A DNA stretch of 62,008 bases, filler included. It is 12 parts of 12 records of this genome, joined end to end, with 100 filler letters (N's around TTAATTAATTAA, not from the genome) between each part and the next. Parts side by side here need not be neighbours in the genome. Positions count along the whole stretch, not along the records: positions 51,065 to 58,574 come from SRR7504441_3636; positions 58,675 to 62,008 come from SRR7504441_3639; 10 more parts are not named here. One strand, 5' to 3'. The position numbers and the translations under genes are program-made. Below the pieces are notes generated by a model. The model was not told the origin of the DNA. It searched no databases and was given only the letters and a program-made list of their open reading frames with translations. Position 1 is the first letter of the stretch; every line of letters starts with the position of its first letter. Below are positions 57,229 through 62,008 of the stretch, piece by piece.

Positions 57229-58465
57229 ATGGGGGCCCGGGCGTTCCTGCGGGGGCTCGGGTGCTGTTACGCCATCAGCTTCTACAGCTTCTCCGTCTGC
57301 GTGCGCCCGGCCAGTCTGCTCGGCCAGTCTGCGGGCGGCAGGGGCCTGGGCTGCTCGGCGACCACGGCGTGTGGCCGCTCCGAGAGCACCCGCGGGCGTG
57401 GAGCGGGCTGCATGCGGCGGAGCGGCTGGTCCCAAGCACCGAGCGGCGGCTGGAGATGGCGGCGGCGGCTGGGCTGGCCGGGAGCACGCTGGTGCTGGCG
57501 GGAGTGGACTCGCCCGGACTGCTCGGGCCGCTCTGGCTGCTGCACCATTGGTTCAGCTCCTGCGGAGGTGACTTCACCGGTTTCCAGTGGGACGGTGCCC
57601 GGCTGCCGCCGCCCGGCTGAGCCTGGACCGTGGGCAGCGCTGCTCTCGGAGGCTGGGGCGCTCGGGCTGCTGGCTAGCCCGGCCTGGCACCCGGGCGGGG
57701 AGGCCCCGAGGCTGGTTGACTGGCTGGTGCGCGGGCTGGCGGCCCGACTCATGCTCGGATCTGGGGCGCGTGCCTTGCGGGCGGGGTGAGGCTGATGGGG
57801 TGCGGGCAGATGGCCAAGCTGAAGAGCCAGGAGCCGGCCTGGAGAGACCTGAGTGCGCTCAGTCTGCACTATGAGACTCAGCCGGCGCCCACTCGGCTGG
57901 CCTGGCATCTGCATCGGGCCCCAGGCTGGCTGCATGCGCTCTCGGCGCTGGGAATGTTCATTGTCGAGCTGTTGGCCCCGTGAGTGGCGCACCCGCGGGC
58001 TGTCACGCTTGTGGCAGTTGGTGCTGGCTGCTACCCGTCGGTGGGCGACACAGGAACGTAGCGACTGGATCGGTTGCTGTGCTGCAAATGCTGATCGGGC
58101 TGACTGGTCATTTCTGCTACTTCAACTTGCTCACAGTGCCATCCCACTCGGCTCGGTTGATTGGCCGGCTGGTAGATCTCGTTGTGTTGTTATCTGTGGG
58201 AATCCAAGCAGTGGCCCGAACCTCCAGTCGGTCGCGACGCGCACTCAGGCTTCAGGCGGGTGTGGAGGTGCAAGCCCGACTGATCTAGCCTTGACTTGCG
58301 GCCAGATTTGCCGTGCTCGCTGCAGCTTGTGCACTTGTGCTGCTGAGCGTTGTGCCGACCGCTGGTCTGTTTGTCGAACTAGACGTTGTACCACGAGCTC
58401 TTCTAGTTTTACCCAAGGATACTGCAAACTTCTTTCCAATCCTTTTCCACATCATCAAAAACTAG
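57229..58465 (+). CDS. Lipase maturation factor (LMF1/LMF2) family protein, apparently interrupted near 58410
   Basis: FLRGLGCCYAISF, GLLGDHGVWP, GGDFTGFQWD-ALLSEAG, RLMLGSG-MAKL, WRDLSALSLHYETQPAPT.LAW, IGLTGHFCYFNLLT. The C-terminal domain is not seen. Confidence 0.82.
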
Positions 58466-58574
58466 ATTCTCAATAAGGTACTGACACTTCGGGTTGTGTT
58501 TTTGTACAACCGTGAGAATCTCAATGAAACGAAGAAAAAGGCGACCTCGGTTCAGTGGTTTTGCTCAGGTGTGA
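58409..58574 (-). pseudogene. AT-rich fragment resembling a DNA cytosine-5 methyltransferase (motif V-VI region)
   Basis: 58552->58412 translates as NRGRLFLRFIEILTVVQKHNPKCQYLIENLVFDDVEKDWKEVCSILG, bounded by stops; too short for the ORF track. Confidence 0.55.
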
Positions 58575-58674
58575 NNNNNNNNNNNNNNNNNNNNNNNNNN
58601 NNNNNNNNNNNNNNNNNNTTAATTAATTAANNNNNNNNNNNNNNNNNNNNNNNNNNNNNNNNNNNNNNNNNNNN
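58575..58674. other. Artificial contig-joining spacer
   Basis: N44-TTAATTAATTAA-N44. Confidence 0.98.
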
Positions 58675-61620
58675 TGGCTGAGACAAGGGGCAACGAGCTG
58701 GCCGCAGCCAAGCAGCAGCTGACTGAAGCGAGCCAGAAGGCCGAGGAAGAGCTGGAGAAAGTTGTCAAGCAGCTCGTCAGACTGGAGAGCGACAAGCAGG
58801 CGATCGCTGCCGAGCTGAGTGCAGCCAAGCACTCTGGCCAGCGTGCGCGTGACCAGGCTGAGGCTGCGGAGGCACAGCTCAATGAAGCCGAGCAGGCACG
58901 GGCACAGGCAGAACGCGAGGCTGGCGAGTACAGGCAGCAGCTTGGAGCGGCTAACAAGGCGGTGAATGAGGCGGACGATCTCGCACGGGCCGGAGCTGAG
59001 GCAGCCCAGGCGAGCGCCTCTGTTGCGAGCGAGGAGCTCGGCGCTGCCAGACAGACTCTGGCGGACGCCCAAGCGAAGCATACGGAATCGCTGGAGGCTC
59101 TGGCGGCTCGCCATGCCGCGGAGGTAGAGTCGCTACGAGCTGAGTTGAGCGAGCAGCAGCGGGCCGAGCAAAGCAACCTGGAGAGGCTTGAGGAAGCGAT
59201 GGCGGCTGTGCACAATGAGGAACTCGCGATTTTGCGTGCAAGCGAGGCTGAGCTGGAGGCCGCTAGCAAGAAGCAATACGAGGCGCTCTTTGCGGACGTG
59301 CACGCGACCCAGGAAGCTGCTAAGCAGGAGGCCGAGGCGCACGACGCTACCAAGGCTCTGCTTAAGGAAGCCACTGCTGAGGCATCGCGCCTGACTAACG
59401 AGATTAAGCAGCTCCAAACAAAGTTGGAGGCCGAGGTTCATGCTAAGGCTGAGGAATCTCGGATGCTCGAAGTTGACGTGAAGGCTGCTCAGGCCGAGGC
59501 TGAGCGGGCTCATTATGATCTCCAGTCAGTCAACGAGGAGCAGAAGCAAGCATTCGCCAAGCATGCCAGTGAACTGCGGTCTTTGCAGGGAGAGCTTCGC
59601 AACGAACGCAAGGCCAGGGAGCAGAACGCCGCATTTGCTGGGATGGAGGTCAAGGCCGCCAAGGAAGCTGCAGACGCGGCGAGCGGCGAGCTAGATGCCT
59701 CAAGCCGAGCGCTCGAAGTTGCCATGGCGCAGCACAACAAGGATCTGCAAGGCCTAAGGTCGGAACTGGATGCTGCTAATTCCGAGAACGAGCGTCTGCG
59801 CGAAGAACTCTCCAGCGAATCCACTGCTGCGCAGGAGGCCACCAAGAAGCTCGAAGATGCAGCGCACAAGCATGCTGAAGAACTCCGAGATCTGGCTAAA
59901 AGGTCCACTCAGCAGGAAGATGTGGGCAAGGCAGCTATAGAGGCAGCTGAGGCAACAAACCGGCTCGCAATGGACTCGTTGGCAGCAGGCCACGCCAAAG
60001 AGCTTGAGAAGCTCCGAGTGGAGATGAGTCAACTGCAGGGCCAGCGGCAGCAAGCCGTTGCGGATCTGGAGGCTGCGCAGCAATCGGTCGCCGGGCTGAA
60101 GGAGGTCAAGGAGGCTATGAACTCTGCTGCGGCTGCTCATGCCGAGGAGGTCGCTGTGCTGAAAGCCGAGGTGAACCAACAGAAGACACTGGCAGAGATG
60201 AAAGCTGGGGTGGACGCTGAGCTGGAGGCGGCAAAGGAGGCCATGGAGTCGATGCGAGTCGCCGCTGCGGAAGTCCACGCCGAAGAAGTGGAGAAGCTGA
60301 CCACACAGGTCGACGCGATGCGGTCTGAATTGGCACAGTCCACCGATGCGCTCGAGAAAGCCGAGGAGACCGAGAAGGCGACTGCGGCTCGGCTGCAGAA
60401 GGCGCTGGAAACGGCAGAGCGCACGGCTCAGGAGCTTGAGCAGACTACCACGCAGCTGGATGAGGCAACAACCCGGCATGAGACCGACCTGGAGTTGGCT
60501 CGTGACACTATCAAGATTTTCCGGGATAAGGCTGAGGAGGTCGCCAACACCCGGCTAGAGAAGCAGCTGGAATTAGTCGAGGTCACCAAGCAGCTCGAGG
60601 TAGCCAAAACTGAGGCAATCCTGCGGTCGCCAAGGTCAAGGTCTGGCTCAGTCAAATCGGACCGCGAAGGTAGCCAGGAGCCAGAGCTTGTGGAGGCAGC
60701 GACTGCGATCGCCAGGGAGCTGGCAGAGACCAAGACCGCGAACAAGCACCTTGAGGAGCAGGCCAAGGAGATGGGATCGGAGCTGGAGGAGATGTCCAAA
60801 GAGCTCGAGGCCATGCGGGCGAGAATGCGCTCAGAGAAGGCGTCCAAACCCGCAGAGGCTGCCACACTGGTGCTCTCAGACCTTCCTGACAAGGACCGGT
60901 TGACCAACAGCCTGAAGAAGCACTGGATGGTCGAGCTGCTCGAGGTAGTCTGGCGCTGTGAGCCTGGCTGAGTGGCGGATCGGCAGGCTAGAGAGCTCAA
61001 GGCTAAGCTCAAGGCAGACTTGGAGGCTCGGGCACTCCGCGAGTCGCGGTGAGTCGCTTGTTGCGTGAACTTTGTCGATTGCGGGTATCAGGCCTGAGCT
61101 CGCGAACGCTTCGGTGATGCCAATCAAGCTCCCAACCGGATTCATACAGGCGCCCCCAGCAGGGGTCTGCCTGCCTCCCTTAGCTTGTTCTCAGGTCGGG
61201 CTGATGCTGCTGGACGATCACTTGGATGTCAGCAAGACCTTCGACCACATCTCTGTGACCAGATTCACATTGCGTAGAGCCGAAGCGTTGAATGTGGCGA
61301 TTTCTTGGATCCAGGAAGTGCTCCACCAAATGAACGGCCTGGCTGGTAAGCGTCGCCCCCACCCTCTAGCACTGAAACGACCCGTGTCCAGAGAACGAGC
61401 AGCTGCGCGTTCTTTACTCTGTCAAGGATGGCAAAGTGCTATACCCATGCTCGAGTGAGCTTACTGGTGGCGACCCAATCGTTCACTACGTGTTTGAGGA
61501 CGATATGATCATGGTAGCCAGCTCAAAGCAGGTCTCCAGTCTCACAGCCAAGCAAGTCGCTTCTGCAGCGGCTCACCGCAGGCTCCACTCTCCCAGTCGG
61601 GTCAAACCGACACCGACTAG
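58675..61620 (+). CDS. Long A/E-rich coiled-coil protein with a small globular C-terminus (5' partial; 3' end uncertain)
   Basis: More than 750 open codons of heptad-like sequence, followed by short exons separated by ~40-60-nt introns. Confidence 0.7.
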
Positions 61621-62008
61621 GGTGCGGACTAGCATCGGACCGAATGCTACGTCGCAAGCGGCATCGCAGATCGCCTAAGCTGCCTCTGGCAGCACCGGCT
61701 GTGACCAGGTTTGGCATCTATTTGGCATTGGTCTATCGAGTGTAAAATATTTTCGTAGAAGCGGGAACGCCGTGCACCGATCAAGCAACTGAATCAATTA
61801 ATCAAATGTTTTTAATACATGTACACAAGATATCACTAACTCGTATACGACCCGTAATCGCTCTCGGCCCTATCTTGGCTATCTCGGCCCTGCGTATAAT
61901 TATGTGACGTAAATAAACCGTATCATTAATTTTGATCATTTAATCAAATCTAAGTTTGGTCGTGGACGTTTGTCTAGAGATAGCGAGGAGGAGGTCATCT
62001 CTGTTTTC

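Noticed and set aside
55891-57435. Long antisense or extended ORFs around COX15 and other genes (also 41876-42388 and 7577-8341)
   Set aside because: Expected stop-poor shadows in GC-rich coding DNA, with no recognisable motifs.
7064-58674. Eleven identical TTAATTAATTAA palindromes flanked by N runs, resembling a dispersed repeat or array
   Set aside because: Each block is exactly 100 nt with six-frame stops and cuts genes mid-frame. It is a concatenation linker, so no cluster should be inferred across it.
1-62008. Alternative genetic code or stop readthrough to explain fragmented ORFs
   Set aside because: The conserved genes I spliced by hand (CK2, CFAP299, TRAPPC6, PPEF, much of NEMF and the USP) are restored by short introns under the standard code, and TAA, TAG and TGA all end genes.
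1-62008. tRNA, rRNA, snRNA genes or CRISPR arrays
   Set aside because: None recognised by eye. tRNAscan-SE and Infernal would be needed to exclude divergent ones.

Overview
The window is not one locus. It is 12 contig fragments joined by 11 identical 100-nt spacers (N44-TTAATTAATTAA-N44), so adjacency across spacers means nothing. The DNA is from a GC-rich, gene-dense eukaryote, probably a flagellated protist (it has CFAP299 and many secreted hydrolases). I cannot name the lineage. Most introns are about 35-50 nt, and at least five use GC donors. Head-to-head genes sit only 44-93 nt apart. Recognisable genes are CK2 alpha, CFAP299, a PEX5-like protein, NEMF, a USP7-like DUB, WDR18, TRAPPC6, a PPEF phosphatase, an MROH1-like protein, COX15, an LMF-family protein, a cathepsin L-like protease, a steroid 5-alpha-reductase family protein, GH3, GH95-like and GH168/GHL15-like hydrolases, an RCC1-repeat protein, a P5 ATPase tail, a patatin, an MFS transporter and a double-kinase protein. 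The best leads are: (1) a PWWP/CW chromatin reader carrying its own histone H3 tail mimic; (2) a PEX5 that keeps its PEX7-binding box but has lost almost all of its TPR domain; (3) a YAACGGAA motif shared by the tiny bidirectional promoters; (4) a hairpin-dense leader ahead of a CCCH ORF with no in-frame AUG; (5) an AT-rich C5-methyltransferase-like fragment interrupting the LMF gene. All assignments come from manual splicing and remembered motifs; no searches were run.
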